The notes beneath the pieces were generated by a model. That model was not told the DNA's origin and searched no databases. It was given only the letters and a program-made list of their open reading frames with translations. A stretch of DNA of 42,419 bases from Acidimicrobiales bacterium. Lineage in GTDB: Bacteria; Actinomycetota; Acidimicrobiia; Acidimicrobiales; RAAP-2. A program made the translations under genes and the position numbers. This document shows positions 29,255 through 37,971 of this stretch, piece by piece. How positions within the stretch are numbered: the first letter of the stretch is position 1; every line of letters begins with the position of its first letter. Where the stretch lies: positions 1 to 42,419 of the forward strand of contig DATCEZ010000161.1 in assembly GCA_036509775.1 (NCBI GenBank). Reading direction: 5' to 3'.

Positions 29255-30664
29255 CTATTCGACCGGCTGAAAGTCGTCCTCGAGAAGCGGGATGACACCC
29301 TCACGACCGCCACTCGGCACAATCGCTGGCTCACCCATGGCGTCATGCAATACGACCTGGTCCCGTCCCGCATGCTTGGCTTGCAACAGGGCGTCGTCCG
29401 CTCGCCTGAGGATCGCCGCCAGTTCCTCGCCCGGTTCGCATTCGGTGACCCCGAAACTCACGGTGAACTTCGGGAGACCACCCACCGTGATGGCCGCGTC
29501 GAGTTGAGAGCGCACGGTGTTGAGCGCCCGGGCTGCGTCGACCGCGGAGCAGTCCGGGAAGGCGATCGCGAACTCCTCGCCGCCGTAACGCGATGCGATG
29601 TCGCTGGTCCGTAGCGAGTCGCGCAGGACACGCGTGAAGAGGCGTAGGGCCCGGTCGCCGGTCTCGTGTCCATACGTGTCGTTCAGGATTTTGAAATGGT
29701 CCAGGTCGGCCATGGCCATCGCCACGGGGTAGAGATGAGCGGGGATCGCCGCGACCCGTTCGGAGAAGGACCTCCGATTCAACAGTCCGGTGAGTGTGTC
29801 GGTCGAGGCCTGCAATTGCGTTTCGGCCATGACCCTGAGCAGGCCGATACGCGCTCCCGCCAACTTGGCCAGCGTGGCCAGGTCGTCGACCCGATCGTCC
29901 TCCACCTTTGCGCCCGCCTCGCCGGTCGCATGAATTACGCCCACGGTGCGCCCCATGATCGACACGGGCACGCAGAGCGCCGAGAGGCGGCCCTCGGGGC
30001 GGTTGCGCAACTTGGGACAGGCGTCGAGGTGGTCGCTGTCGGCGAAGACCTGGATCTGGGCGCGACGCGCGGCCGGGCAACGGTCAGGCGAGTCCACGCC
30101 GCAGCTCGGCGGCTGTCCCTCGGGACCGACGGCCGCCATGCGGTGGAGGTGCGCGTGGCTGTTGTCCGCCAGGAGAAGTTCGGCCGGAGCCTCCGGCAAC
30201 ACGGTCGCGAAGGACCGCTCAATCACCTCAATGACCTCGGGCTCACCCTCGGCCATGTCCAGCGCGTTGGCCAGCCGGCTCTCGAAGCGTTGCCGCTGCA
30301 CCTGGGCGTCACGTACCTCGGCCTGACGGTCGGCGTCGGACATGGCGGCGCTCAGTTCGGAGTTCAGACGCTCGGCGTCAGCCACGGCGCCGCTGAGCTC
30401 GATGTTGAGATGGCGCACCTTCTCATCGGTCCGCCGTTGATTGCGCTCGCCGAAGGCGACGAGCACGAAGGCGAGCGGCAGCATGATGGCCATCAGGATC
30501 CCGACCGCGACCAGGTCGGCGTAGATGCCCGAGGCCAGAGCCTGCCCCGCCATCATGCAGGGGACGAAGATGAGCGCGAACGCACCGAGGGCGATGACTG
30601 GACTGATCAGGCGGAAGCGGGCCGACCGGGCGACCTCTCCGGACCATTCCTCCTCGGTGACCAT
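29255..30664 (-). CDS. membrane-anchored GAF-GGDEF diguanylate cyclase
   Basis: Two N-terminal TM segments, a coiled-coil (LNIELSGAVADAERLNSELSAAMSDADRQAE) and a GAF-like region. The GGDEF domain has the I-site RTSD and the A-site RYGGEEF. The start is ATG 30664 or GTG 30667, after GAGGGGG. Confidence 0.9.
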   Translation of the reverse strand: MVTEEEWSGEVARSARFRLISPVIALGAFALIFVPCMMAGQALASGIYADLVAVGILMAIMLPLAFVLVAFGERNQRRTDEKVRHLNIELSGAVADAERLNSELSAAMSDADRQAEVRDAQVQRQRFESRLANALDMAEGEPEVIEVIERSFATVLPEAPAELLLADNSHAHLHRMAAVGPEGQPPSCGVDSPDRCPAARRAQIQVFADSDHLDACPKLRNRPEGRLSALCVPVSIMGRTVGVIHATGEAGAKVEDDRVDDLATLAKLAGARIGLLRVMAETQLQASTDTLTGLLNRRSFSERVAAIPAHLYPVAMAMADLDHFKILNDTYGHETGDRALRLFTRVLRDSLRTSDIASRYGGEEFAIAFPDCSAVDAARALNTVRSQLDAAITVGGLPKFTVSFGVTECEPGEELAAILRRADDALLQAKHAGRDQVVLHDAMGEPAIVPSGGREGVIPLLEDDFQPVE

Positions 30665-30884
30665 CACGAAACCCCCTCGGTCAAGTGGATTGCCGGTCCT
30701 CTGGTGAGGCCGGCACAGCACGGTGACTTCAGAGGTGTCGTCCGACCCAAAGTCGATCTTTAGGGCGTGGGGAAAGTGGGGTTGCTGGCAGCCACGATTG
30801 TCGGGAATTGGGCGTCTGTTGGGCGGACGGGACGTCTCTGGGAGGGCCTCGCCGTGCTGCCTTCCTGGCTCTCCGGAGGGGCCA

Positions 30885-31019
30885 GCCCTCCCTGAAGAAG
30901 GTCAGCAAGTCGGCGTTGATGGTCGCAGCTTGTGTGGTGGGCATGCCGTGCGGGAAGCCTTTGTACGTCTTCAGCGTTCCGTTCTGGACGAGCTCGGACG
31001 GGGTCGTGCTGCTGATGCC
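30885..31019 (-). pseudogene. C-terminal fragment of an alpha/beta-hydrolase (haloperoxidase/esterase type)
   Basis: Hand translation gives GISSTTPSELVQNGTLKTYKGFPHGMPTTQAATINADLLTFFREG. This matches the classic ...L-K-x-Y-x-G-x-P-H-G...N-x-D-L-L-x-F ending, including the catalytic His. Upstream in the same frame is only the antisense of the DUF2090-like gene, and downstream there is no proper stop for about 50 codons. Confidence 0.5.
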
Positions 31020-31710
31020 GATCGAGAAGAGCGGCTCGAGAGTGTTCGAGCTGGAATTCGGCGACCAATTCGCCGAGCACGTCGAGGCCTTCGACCCCGA
31101 CTTCTTCAAGCTTCTCGTGCGCTTCAATCCACTCGGTGACGAGTCCTTGCGGCGCACCCAGATCGATCGGCTGGCCATGGTCTCGCAGTGGGCGGAGCGC
31201 ACGAACCGTCGCTGGATCATTGAGCTCCTCGTCCCGCCCACGCCCGCGCAATTGGCGGCCCACGGCGATCAGGCCGGCTTCGATGCCCAGGAGCGCCCGG
31301 GGTTGACCGCCCAGGTCATCGCTGAGCTCTACGCCGGCGCCGTGTACCCGACCATCTGGAAGCTCGAAGGCTACGAGACACAGGCCGGGGCGGATGTCGT
31401 GCTCGCCGCGGTGGCGGCAGAGAGCGACCATCCGGCGGTGTGCATCGTTCTGGGCCGGGATGCCCCCCTCAGTCGGGTCGAGCACTGGTTGTCCGTGGGA
31501 GCCCGCTGCGACTTCGTCGGCTTTGCCGTGGGCCCCACCATCTGGGAAGAGTCTCTTCGTCGGCATCTCGCCGGCACTCTTTCGGGCGAGGGCCTGGTCG
31601 ACGCCGTCGCCGTCGCCGTCGCCGTCGCCGAGAACTACAGCACGCTGGTCGATGCGTTCATCGGCGCCTCGGAGCGATTGCGACCTCCCGGCCGATCATC
31701 TTCGGAGTGA
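31015..31710 (+). pseudogene. DUF2090/LacD-type class I aldolase-like protein (IolC C-terminal-domain-like) lacking roughly the first 90 residues
   Basis: MPIEKSGSRVFELEFGDQFAEHVEAF...WIIELLVPP...TIWKLEGYE...CIVLGRDAP...VGFAVGPTIW matches my recollection of DUF2090 proteins from about their residue 90 onward. Upstream sequence in frame (30808-31014) shows no similarity and overlaps the hydrolase fragment. ATG 31015 or GTG 31006 could still drive a truncated product. Confidence 0.5.
31603..31630 (+). repeat. hexanucleotide tandem repeat (GCCGTC) x4.7, encoding AVAVAVAVA
   Basis: gccgtc units start at 31603, 31609, 31615 and 31621, followed by a partial gccg. The repeat is in-frame inside the DUF2090-like fragment. 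Confidence 0.9.
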
Positions 31711-31760
31711 GGGCACCGAGGCAGTTGCGCCCGCGAGTGCCGCCGCACGGCATGCCGCGG

Positions 31761-32684
31761 TCAGCTCAACGGCGGGGGAACTCCCTGCGCGCTCGCTGCA
31801 AGCGCGGGATCCCACTCACACTTCATGCAGGCATGTGCCACAACGGCTCGAGCAAACTCGAGCGCCACCGCATGTGGATCGGGACTTGTGATCACGTCAT
31901 CCCACTCGAGGATGAACTCGCCAAGTTCTTCGCTCCAACGACCCATGGCCGACGTCAAGGACCCGTCTGCGAAACCACCGGGAGCCGGCGAGGCAAACCC
32001 GAAGAAGGCCGGCATCGGGTGTCGAGGATCACCCGGCCACCAGCCAACCTCAATCTGCTGGGCGCTGCCGGCATTGCGCATGATGAACTCCTGCGAAGGC
32101 GGATCGACCTGGAGGCCTGAATACAGGCTGGCGGCCAGGTCGAATGTCCCCCACCAGGCGTTCACGGGTGAACACCGGCCACGATACGGCGCACGGAGTG
32201 CGGCAAGGACCAGCGCGGCACGGGTGGCCGCCGCGAAGTACGCGGCAACCTGATCCGGCTCGTAGGTCTTGTGCTCGTCGTCCTCATTGAGTGGGGCCGT
32301 CCACGCCACCTCCTGAGGCGTCGGATTGATCCGCACCGGGCCGACCATGCGACCGATGGCGCCCAAGACGTCTCGCGTCACTTCGCCCACCGCCCGGTTC
32401 GGCCCGAGATGGACTCGCTCCGTTCGTCCGTCGCTGTGCTCCACCACGTTGTCGTGGTGGTGGAGATCCAACGCCACGACAAGCGCACCGGACCCATCCG
32501 GTGCCGGCAGGGGCAGGGTTTCCCAGCCCCGAGCGGTCAGTCGGAGGGCGGCGTGTTGAAGTTGTGGTTCCGGCGGAGCCAGCGCGACAGCCAGTTTGCC
32601 CAGGAGCTGAGCATGCGCGTGCAGGGTGTCGCAGGTGGCCGCCCAGGCGTCGTACGGCAGCGGCTTCCATCCGACCGAATCCAT
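31761..32684 (-). CDS. DUF5996 family protein
   Basis: 307 aa from ATG 32684: WKPLPYDAWAATCDTLHAHAQLLGKL...SPVNAWWGTFDLAASLYSG...EVGWWPGD... matches the DUF5996 pattern as I remember it. GTG 32702 is an alternative start. Confidence 0.85.
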   Translation of the reverse strand: MDSVGWKPLPYDAWAATCDTLHAHAQLLGKLAVALAPPEPQLQHAALRLTARGWETLPLPAPDGSGALVVALDLHHHDNVVEHSDGRTERVHLGPNRAVGEVTRDVLGAIGRMVGPVRINPTPQEVAWTAPLNEDDEHKTYEPDQVAAYFAAATRAALVLAALRAPYRGRCSPVNAWWGTFDLAASLYSGLQVDPPSQEFIMRNAGSAQQIEVGWWPGDPRHPMPAFFGFASPAPGGFADGSLTSAMGRWSEELGEFILEWDDVITSPDPHAVALEFARAVVAHACMKCEWDPALAASAQGVPPPLS

Positions 32685-32690
32685 CCTCCG

Positions 32691-32696
32691 AATGTA
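32691..32696 (-). promoter_or_regulatory. -10 hexamer TACATT exactly 6 nt upstream of the DUF5996 ATG (leaderless predicted)
   Basis: The minus strand reads GGGA TACATT CGGAGG ATG GAT. The GGAGG abuts the ATG and so cannot act as an SD. Confidence 0.35.
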
Positions 32697-32704
32697 TCCC
32701 ACGT

Positions 32705-32734
32705 CCACTCCGGCCGAGCAGTGGCCCGGAGTGG
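32705..32734. promoter_or_regulatory. perfect 9-bp inverted repeat CCACTCCGG-N12-CCGGAGTGG in the DUF5996/LLM divergent region
   Basis: The arms are at 32705-32713 and 32726-32734. The repeat lies immediately upstream of the putative DUF5996 -10 box and about 95 nt upstream of the LLM ATG. Confidence 0.35.
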
Positions 32735-32826
32735 TTGCGCCCGGCAACGAGGAGCGCCCAGAGGCGGGAATCGTCGCTCCGACTATCGTTTCGGCGAATG
32801 GCCGGTCCTGCGACACACGACGTGCC

Positions 32827-33894
32827 ATGAGCACCGATCCGCCCGCGCACGTTCTCGACGAGCTGGCGTGCTACCTACTCGCCGGGCAGCCCCAGAGCGC
32901 GCGCGACATCATCGCTGAGGTCAAGGACGCCGAGGAGCTGGGACTCGGAGCGGCGTTCATCTCCGAGCGCTACAACAAGAAGGAAGCGGCCGTCCTCTCC
33001 GGTGCAGCAGGCGCCATGAGTGAGCGCATCCGACTCATCACTGCGGCCACCAATCACAACACCCGTCACCCCATGGTCACCGCCGGGTTCGCTCTGACCA
33101 TGCAGAGCTTGACCGATGGGCGTTTCACTCTCGGCCTCGGCCGAGGGATCGCCCCGATGCAGGACGCCTACGGAATCGATCGCATCACGACAGCGCAGAT
33201 GGAGGACTTTGCGACTCTTATGCGGCGGCTCTTCCGCGGCGAGGTGATCATTGGCCACAATGGACCGGCGGGCTCGTATCCGGTGCTGCATCTCGATGGA
33301 TCGCTCGACGAGCACCTTCCCCTCTGTCTGGTCGCATTCGGCAACCACACGCTGGAACTAGCCGGACGGCTCTTCGATGACGTGGTGCTGCATACCTATT
33401 TCACCGACGAGACGACCGCTCGCTGCGTCAAGGTGGTCAATCGGGCCGCAGAAGAGGCCGGACGCGATCCTGCCGACGTCAATGTCTGGTCTTGCTTTGC
33501 CACCATCGGCGACCATCTGCCCGAGGACGCTCGGTTGAAGAGGTCGGTTGGGCGCCTCGGCACCTACCTTCAGGGCTACGGCGACCTTCTCGTTCGCACG
33601 AACGGATGGGACCCCGAGGTGCTCCAGCGGTTTCTGAAGGATCCCGTGATCTCGGGCGTGGGCGGAGCCCTCGACGCCGTCGCGACACCCGATCAGCTGG
33701 CGCACGCGGCGACCCTCATCCCGTCCGAGTGGCTCGCCCCCAGCGCGACCGGAAGCTCGGCGGAATGCGCTGCAGCTGTGCGAAATCAACTCGCATTGGG
33801 TTGCGACGGGGTCATTTTGCACGGGTGCACGCCAGATGAGCTACGACCCGTCGTCGACGCCTACCGCGACTCGAAGCAGGCCGTGAGCAGCTGA
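32827..33894 (+). CDS. luciferase-like monooxygenase family, probable F420-dependent oxidoreductase (MSMEG_2249-type)
   Basis: 355 aa from ATG 32827: LDELACYLLAGQPQSARDIIAEVKDAEELGLGAAFISERYNKKEAAVLSGAAGAMSERIRLITAATNHNTRHPMV... is typical of this actinobacterial LLM subgroup. Confidence 0.88.
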   Translation: MSTDPPAHVLDELACYLLAGQPQSARDIIAEVKDAEELGLGAAFISERYNKKEAAVLSGAAGAMSERIRLITAATNHNTRHPMVTAGFALTMQSLTDGRFTLGLGRGIAPMQDAYGIDRITTAQMEDFATLMRRLFRGEVIIGHNGPAGSYPVLHLDGSLDEHLPLCLVAFGNHTLELAGRLFDDVVLHTYFTDETTARCVKVVNRAAEEAGRDPADVNVWSCFATIGDHLPEDARLKRSVGRLGTYLQGYGDLLVRTNGWDPEVLQRFLKDPVISGVGGALDAVATPDQLAHAATLIPSEWLAPSATGSSAECAAAVRNQLALGCDGVILHGCTPDELRPVVDAYRDSKQAVSS

Positions 33895-34595
33895 TGTCAG
33901 GGACCGCAACCGTGTCGTTCGAGGAGGCGGAATCCGTTGCGACCATCCGGATCGATGACGGCAAAGCCAATGCATTCAACGAAGGGCTGCTGTCCGCCCT
34001 TTCAGATGCACTCGATGTCGCCATCGCGCAGGATCGGGCGGCGTTGATCGTCGGCAGGAAGGGGTTTCTGTCCGCAGGTTTCGACCTCTCCGTCATGCGC
34101 GGCGATGCGTCCGCCAGAAAGAATCTGGTCCTGGCCGGGCTGAGCCTTGCGCTGAAGATCTTCGAAGCACCCATCCCCGTCGTCGTGTGCTGCACCGGTC
34201 ACGCCATCGCCGCGGGGACGCTCCTCCTCCTCCCGGCTGATCACGTCCTCGTCGGTGATGTTCCGGTCAAAATCGGATTCAATGAGACGACCATCGGGAT
34301 TGAGCTCTCTCCGTTCGTCCTGGAATTGGCCCGCTACCGACTCCTGCCTGCGGCCTACAACCAGATCCTCCGGGGCAGCCTCTACGACGCGGTGGCTGCA
34401 CAGAAGGCCGGCTACGTCGACGAGGTCGTGGCCTCGGACCACCTCGAATCCCGTGCCATCGAGATGGCGGGACACTTCGCCGGGCTGGAGCCGCTCAGCT
34501 ATCAGCGGACCAAGACGGCGATGCGAGCCGGGGCGGCGGCAGCGCTCCGCTCGGCCCTCGAACAACGACGTGGGCAATCCGTCGAGGCGCCATAG
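33894..34595 (+). CDS. enoyl-CoA hydratase/isomerase (crotonase) family protein
   Basis: 233 aa. The ATG overlaps the LLM stop (TGATG). Motifs are DDGKANAF, FLSAGFDL, CCTGHAIAAG and FNETTIGI. Confidence 0.85.
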   Translation: MSGTATVSFEEAESVATIRIDDGKANAFNEGLLSALSDALDVAIAQDRAALIVGRKGFLSAGFDLSVMRGDASARKNLVLAGLSLALKIFEAPIPVVVCCTGHAIAAGTLLLLPADHVLVGDVPVKIGFNETTIGIELSPFVLELARYRLLPAAYNQILRGSLYDAVAAQKAGYVDEVVASDHLESRAIEMAGHFAGLEPLSYQRTKTAMRAGAAAALRSALEQRRGQSVEAP

Positions 34596-34616
34596 CGCGC
34601 CCGCCGGTCGGCGCGC
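34595..34616 (+). terminator. GC hairpin beginning at the last base of the crotonase stop codon (possible terminator)
   Basis: GCGCGCC-cgccggtc-GGCGCGC: a 7-bp perfect stem with an 8-nt loop and no T-run. Confidence 0.3.
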
Positions 34617-34734
34617 CGGTTCATCCGGCGCAGTCTCGGCCGATCCGGCCGTTTCGCCTAGGAATGGGGATTGCAAGCCCGCCGAAGAGCCCATGTTTGA
34701 GAAGGGCGGCTCCAAAGGAGACAATGTCTGCGCC

Positions 34735-35949
34735 ATGCAGGAGGTTTCGCTCACCAGCGCCCAGTCCGCCCCCGCCATTCGGATCCTTCTCATCGAGGAT
34801 GATGCGGGCGACGCCTACCTGGTGCGCGAGCTGCTCGACATGGGCTTCGATCCCCACGAACTTACCTGGGTCCAGGACATGGCCGAAGCCAGTCGGATCG
34901 TCGCCTCGACGTTCGAGTGTGCGCTCCTCGATCTGGGCCTGCCGGACTCCCAGGGCCTCGATGCTCTTCACACGCTGCTCGAGCTCAACCCCGGGCTCGC
35001 CGTGGTCGTCCTCACCGGCCTGGACGACCAGCCCCGCGGCGCGCTGGCCCTCGAACAAGGAGCGCAGGACTACCTGACCAAGGGAGCAGTGACGGCGGAG
35101 ACGCTGGCCCGGTCACTTCGTTATGCCATCGCTCGACGGCGGGGCGAGGACGCGGCGCAGCGATTGCGCGAGGCCGAACTGAGCCGCGCCGAAAACTCCC
35201 GACTCGAACGAGGATTGCTGGCGCGGCCGATCCTGCATGACGGCGCTGTCCGTTGGGCGACGCGGTACCGGCCCGGCGGGAGCAGAGCTCTCTTGGGCGG
35301 TGACTTCTTTGACGCCATTGAGCTGGAAGACGGATCGATTCGTGCAGTAGTCGGCGACGTGTGCGGCCACGGCCCTGACGAGGCGGCTCTCGGTGTCGCA
35401 CTACGCGTCGCATGGCGCGCCCTCGTCCTCGCCCGTCAACCCCCCGACATCACGCTCTCCTGCCTTCATCGTGTCATTGAGGCGGAACGGCAACAGGATC
35501 ACATCTTCGCCACCGTCTGTGACATCGAACTGCATCCTGACAGGCAGCATGCGCAGATGTATCTAGCCGGACATCCGCCTCCTCTTCTCCTCGCCGACGG
35601 CGATGTCTTCGAACTGGAGGCCGAGGCCCACGGCCCTCTGCTGGGCGTGTTCGACGATTCGAAATGGCCGGCGAATCGGGTGGAGCTCGGGCCCGAATGG
35701 ACCCTCGTCCTGTTCACGGACGGGATCATCGAAGGGCGGGCCGGAGCCGGAGAGGGTGAGCGATTCAAGACGACGGGTCTCGCACGCCTGGCCCGTCAAG
35801 CGCTCACGGAGACACGAGACCTCGAATCACTGGCCGATCAGCTGATACTGGGTGCCGAGCGCGCCAATGGGGCGCCGCTGCGCGACGATGTCGCCCTCCT
35901 GCTGCTCTCGACTTCGACGCACTGGTTGCGCAAGCAACAGACAGCCTGA
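34735..35949 (+). CDS. response regulator with PP2C/SpoIIE-type phosphatase output (REC-PP2C)
   Basis: REC motifs are ILLIEDDAGDAY, ECALLDLGLPDSQG and VVVLTGLDD. The PP2C motifs are GGDFFDAIELEDGSIRAVVGDVCGHGPDEAA, LFTDGIIEG and DDVALLLL. The start is ATG 34735 or in-frame ATG 34693. The 34255 extension is an artefact. Confidence 0.9.
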   Translation: MQEVSLTSAQSAPAIRILLIEDDAGDAYLVRELLDMGFDPHELTWVQDMAEASRIVASTFECALLDLGLPDSQGLDALHTLLELNPGLAVVVLTGLDDQPRGALALEQGAQDYLTKGAVTAETLARSLRYAIARRRGEDAAQRLREAELSRAENSRLERGLLARPILHDGAVRWATRYRPGGSRALLGGDFFDAIELEDGSIRAVVGDVCGHGPDEAALGVALRVAWRALVLARQPPDITLSCLHRVIEAERQQDHIFATVCDIELHPDRQHAQMYLAGHPPPLLLADGDVFELEAEAHGPLLGVFDDSKWPANRVELGPEWTLVLFTDGIIEGRAGAGEGERFKTTGLARLARQALTETRDLESLADQLILGAERANGAPLRDDVALLLLSTSTHWLRKQQTA

Positions 35950-35987
35950 AGTCGTCGACAGCAGTACCGGACAAGGACCAGGCCACC

Positions 35988-37511
35988 ATGGTGCAGAGCC
36001 TTCGAGCGCGATTGAACATCCTGATCGTCGTCCTGACCGTGGCGATCGTTGCGATCACGGCGTTCTCGACAGCGGCGTTCCTGAATCTGTCCGACGCCCG
36101 CCACCGCCTGCTGAACCAGATCGACCCGGCCAGTCTGAGCGCCGACCAGCTCCTGCTGGCGTACGTCGACGAGGAGACCGGCATCCGTGGCTACATCCTG
36201 GGGCGCAACTTCGCCTATTTGAGCCCCGCTATATCCGGGCTCAAAGAGCAGACGTCGGCCACCAAGCAATTGAACACCACTCTGGCCGATCAACCCGCAC
36301 TCTTGCGGTCCGCCAAGCGGGCCGAACACCTCGGGCAGATCTGGCAGACGAACTGGGCCCTCCCGGCTTTCAAGGCGACGGCTGCTGGCAACGCGACCTA
36401 CGCAACTCCAGAAGAGCTCGCCCAAGGCAAGACGCTGCTCGATCGTGTCCGGACGGCGTTCACGACACTGAACGACCAGCTGTCCGCGAGCCGTCAGCAG
36501 TACGGCGACAACGTGAATACAGCCACGAGGGAGCTGGTCATCGTCCTCCTGGTCGGACTCGTGCTCCTGGTGGGCGGCACCATTGCGGTGTCGGTCGCAT
36601 TGCGGAGGTGGGTGACCCGGCCGCTCGAGTCCGTGACACAGGATGCACGCCAGGTCACCTCGGGTGAGCTCGCCCATCCGATCAGCGTCACCGGGCCGTC
36701 GGAGATCCGCGCCCTTACCTCCGACATTGAGGCGATGCGTATTCGGATCGTTCAAGAGCTCGGCGAGGTGGAGTCGGCTCGAGCTGAGACTGCCGAGCGC
36801 AATATCGCGCTGGACAGGTCCAATCAGGAGCTCGAGCAGTTCGCCTACGTCGCCTCGCACGACCTCCAGGAGCCACTGCGCAAGGTCACCAGCTTCGTCC
36901 AGCTCCTCCAACAACGCTACGAGGGTCAGCTCGATGCGCGCGCCGACGAGTACATCGGCTTCGCCGTCGACGGCGCATCGAGGATGCAGCAGCTCATCAG
37001 CGACCTCCTGGCCTTCTCGAGGGTCGAGCGGTACGCCGACCGCTTCCAGCTGACGCCGTTGGCCGAGCCGATCACCGCGGCTTTGGACAACCTCGATATC
37101 GCACTGCGCGAGGTGGAGGCAACCGTCAACGTTGCACCCGACATGCCGCAGATCGTCGGCGACCCGGTTCTCCTGACCTCCCTGTGGCAGAACCTGATTG
37201 GCAACTCGGTCAAGTTCCGATCTGCGACGGCGCCGCTGATCGACATCGACGCGCGGCGAGAGGGCGATGCCTGGCTGCTCTCCATCAGTGACAACGGCAT
37301 CGGAATTGAACCCCGATTCGCCGACAAAGTGTTCGTGATCTTTCAGCGCCTGCACGGTCGGGATGCGTATCCGGGGACCGGCATCGGCCTCGCCCTCTGT
37401 AAGAAGATCGTCGAGTTCCACGGGGGCGAAATCTGGCTCGACACCGAGGTCTCAACCGGCACTCGGATTTGCTTTACTCTTCCGGTGGCACGGAGGGAGG
37501 TACGGACATGA
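35988..37511 (+). CDS. sensor histidine kinase, CHASE3-HAMP-HisKA-HATPase
   Basis: An N-terminal TM segment, a CHASE3-like segment (LLLAYVDEETGIRGYILG), a second TM segment and a HAMP domain. The H-box is FAYVASHDLQEPLRKV. The N, G1 and G2 boxes are NLIGNSVKF, DNGIGI and GTGIGLALCKKIVE. Confidence 0.92.
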   Translation: MVQSLRARLNILIVVLTVAIVAITAFSTAAFLNLSDARHRLLNQIDPASLSADQLLLAYVDEETGIRGYILGRNFAYLSPAISGLKEQTSATKQLNTTLADQPALLRSAKRAEHLGQIWQTNWALPAFKATAAGNATYATPEELAQGKTLLDRVRTAFTTLNDQLSASRQQYGDNVNTATRELVIVLLVGLVLLVGGTIAVSVALRRWVTRPLESVTQDARQVTSGELAHPISVTGPSEIRALTSDIEAMRIRIVQELGEVESARAETAERNIALDRSNQELEQFAYVASHDLQEPLRKVTSFVQLLQQRYEGQLDARADEYIGFAVDGASRMQQLISDLLAFSRVERYADRFQLTPLAEPITAALDNLDIALREVEATVNVAPDMPQIVGDPVLLTSLWQNLIGNSVKFRSATAPLIDIDARREGDAWLLSISDNGIGIEPRFADKVFVIFQRLHGRDAYPGTGIGLALCKKIVEFHGGEIWLDTEVSTGTRICFTLPVARREVRT

Positions 37512-37954
37512 TCCAAGCGGACCGGGAGTCGACCATTGTGTTGCTTCTCGTGGAGGATGACCCAGGGGACGTCACGATCACGCGGGAGGCGTTGAGCGAA
37601 GCGAAGGTGCTGCACGACCTTCACGTCGTCGACAACGGTGAGGCCGCCATCTCCTTCCTCCGGCAGGAGGCTCCCTATACCGACGCCCCTCGCCCTGACT
37701 TGATTTTTCTGGACCTCAATCTTCCCCGAATGGACGGTCGGGAAGTCCTTGCGATTGTGAAGAGCGATGAGTCGTTGCGGAGGATCCCGCTGGTTGTGCT
37801 CACGACCTCCGACTCCCAGGACGACATTGCGCGGAGCTACGACCTCCACGCCAATGCCTACGTCACCAAGCCGGTCGGGCTTGACTCCTTCCTGACGGCG
37901 GTGCAGCAGATCGACCATTTCTTTCTGACTGTGGCCAGCCTGCCCGAGCGGTAA
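37508..37954 (+). CDS. single-domain response regulator (CheY/Rcp1-like)
   Basis: The ATG overlaps the kinase stop (ATGA). Motifs are LLLVEDDPGD, DLIFLDLNLPRMDG, VVLTTS and ANAYVTKP. Confidence 0.92.
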   Translation: MIQADRESTIVLLLVEDDPGDVTITREALSEAKVLHDLHVVDNGEAAISFLRQEAPYTDAPRPDLIFLDLNLPRMDGREVLAIVKSDESLRRIPLVVLTTSDSQDDIARSYDLHANAYVTKPVGLDSFLTAVQQIDHFFLTVASLPER

Positions 37955-37971
37955 GCGCCTACCATCGGACC

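Noticed and set aside
30803-30831. G-quadruplex-type motif GGG-aatt-GGG-cgtctgtt-GGG-cggac-GGG in the spacer upstream of the GGDEF gene. More G-runs occur at 30764-30782.
   Set aside because: Four G3 runs with one 8-nt loop are expected by chance in DNA of about 70% GC. Nothing else supports a function here.
30729-31241. 170-aa minus-strand ORF as a possible intact gene.
   Set aside because: Only about 45 central codons (31019-30885) resemble a protein, namely a hydrolase C-terminus. The N-terminal part is antisense to the aldolase-like gene, and the C-terminal 50 codons are unrelated read-on. It is reported as a fragment instead.
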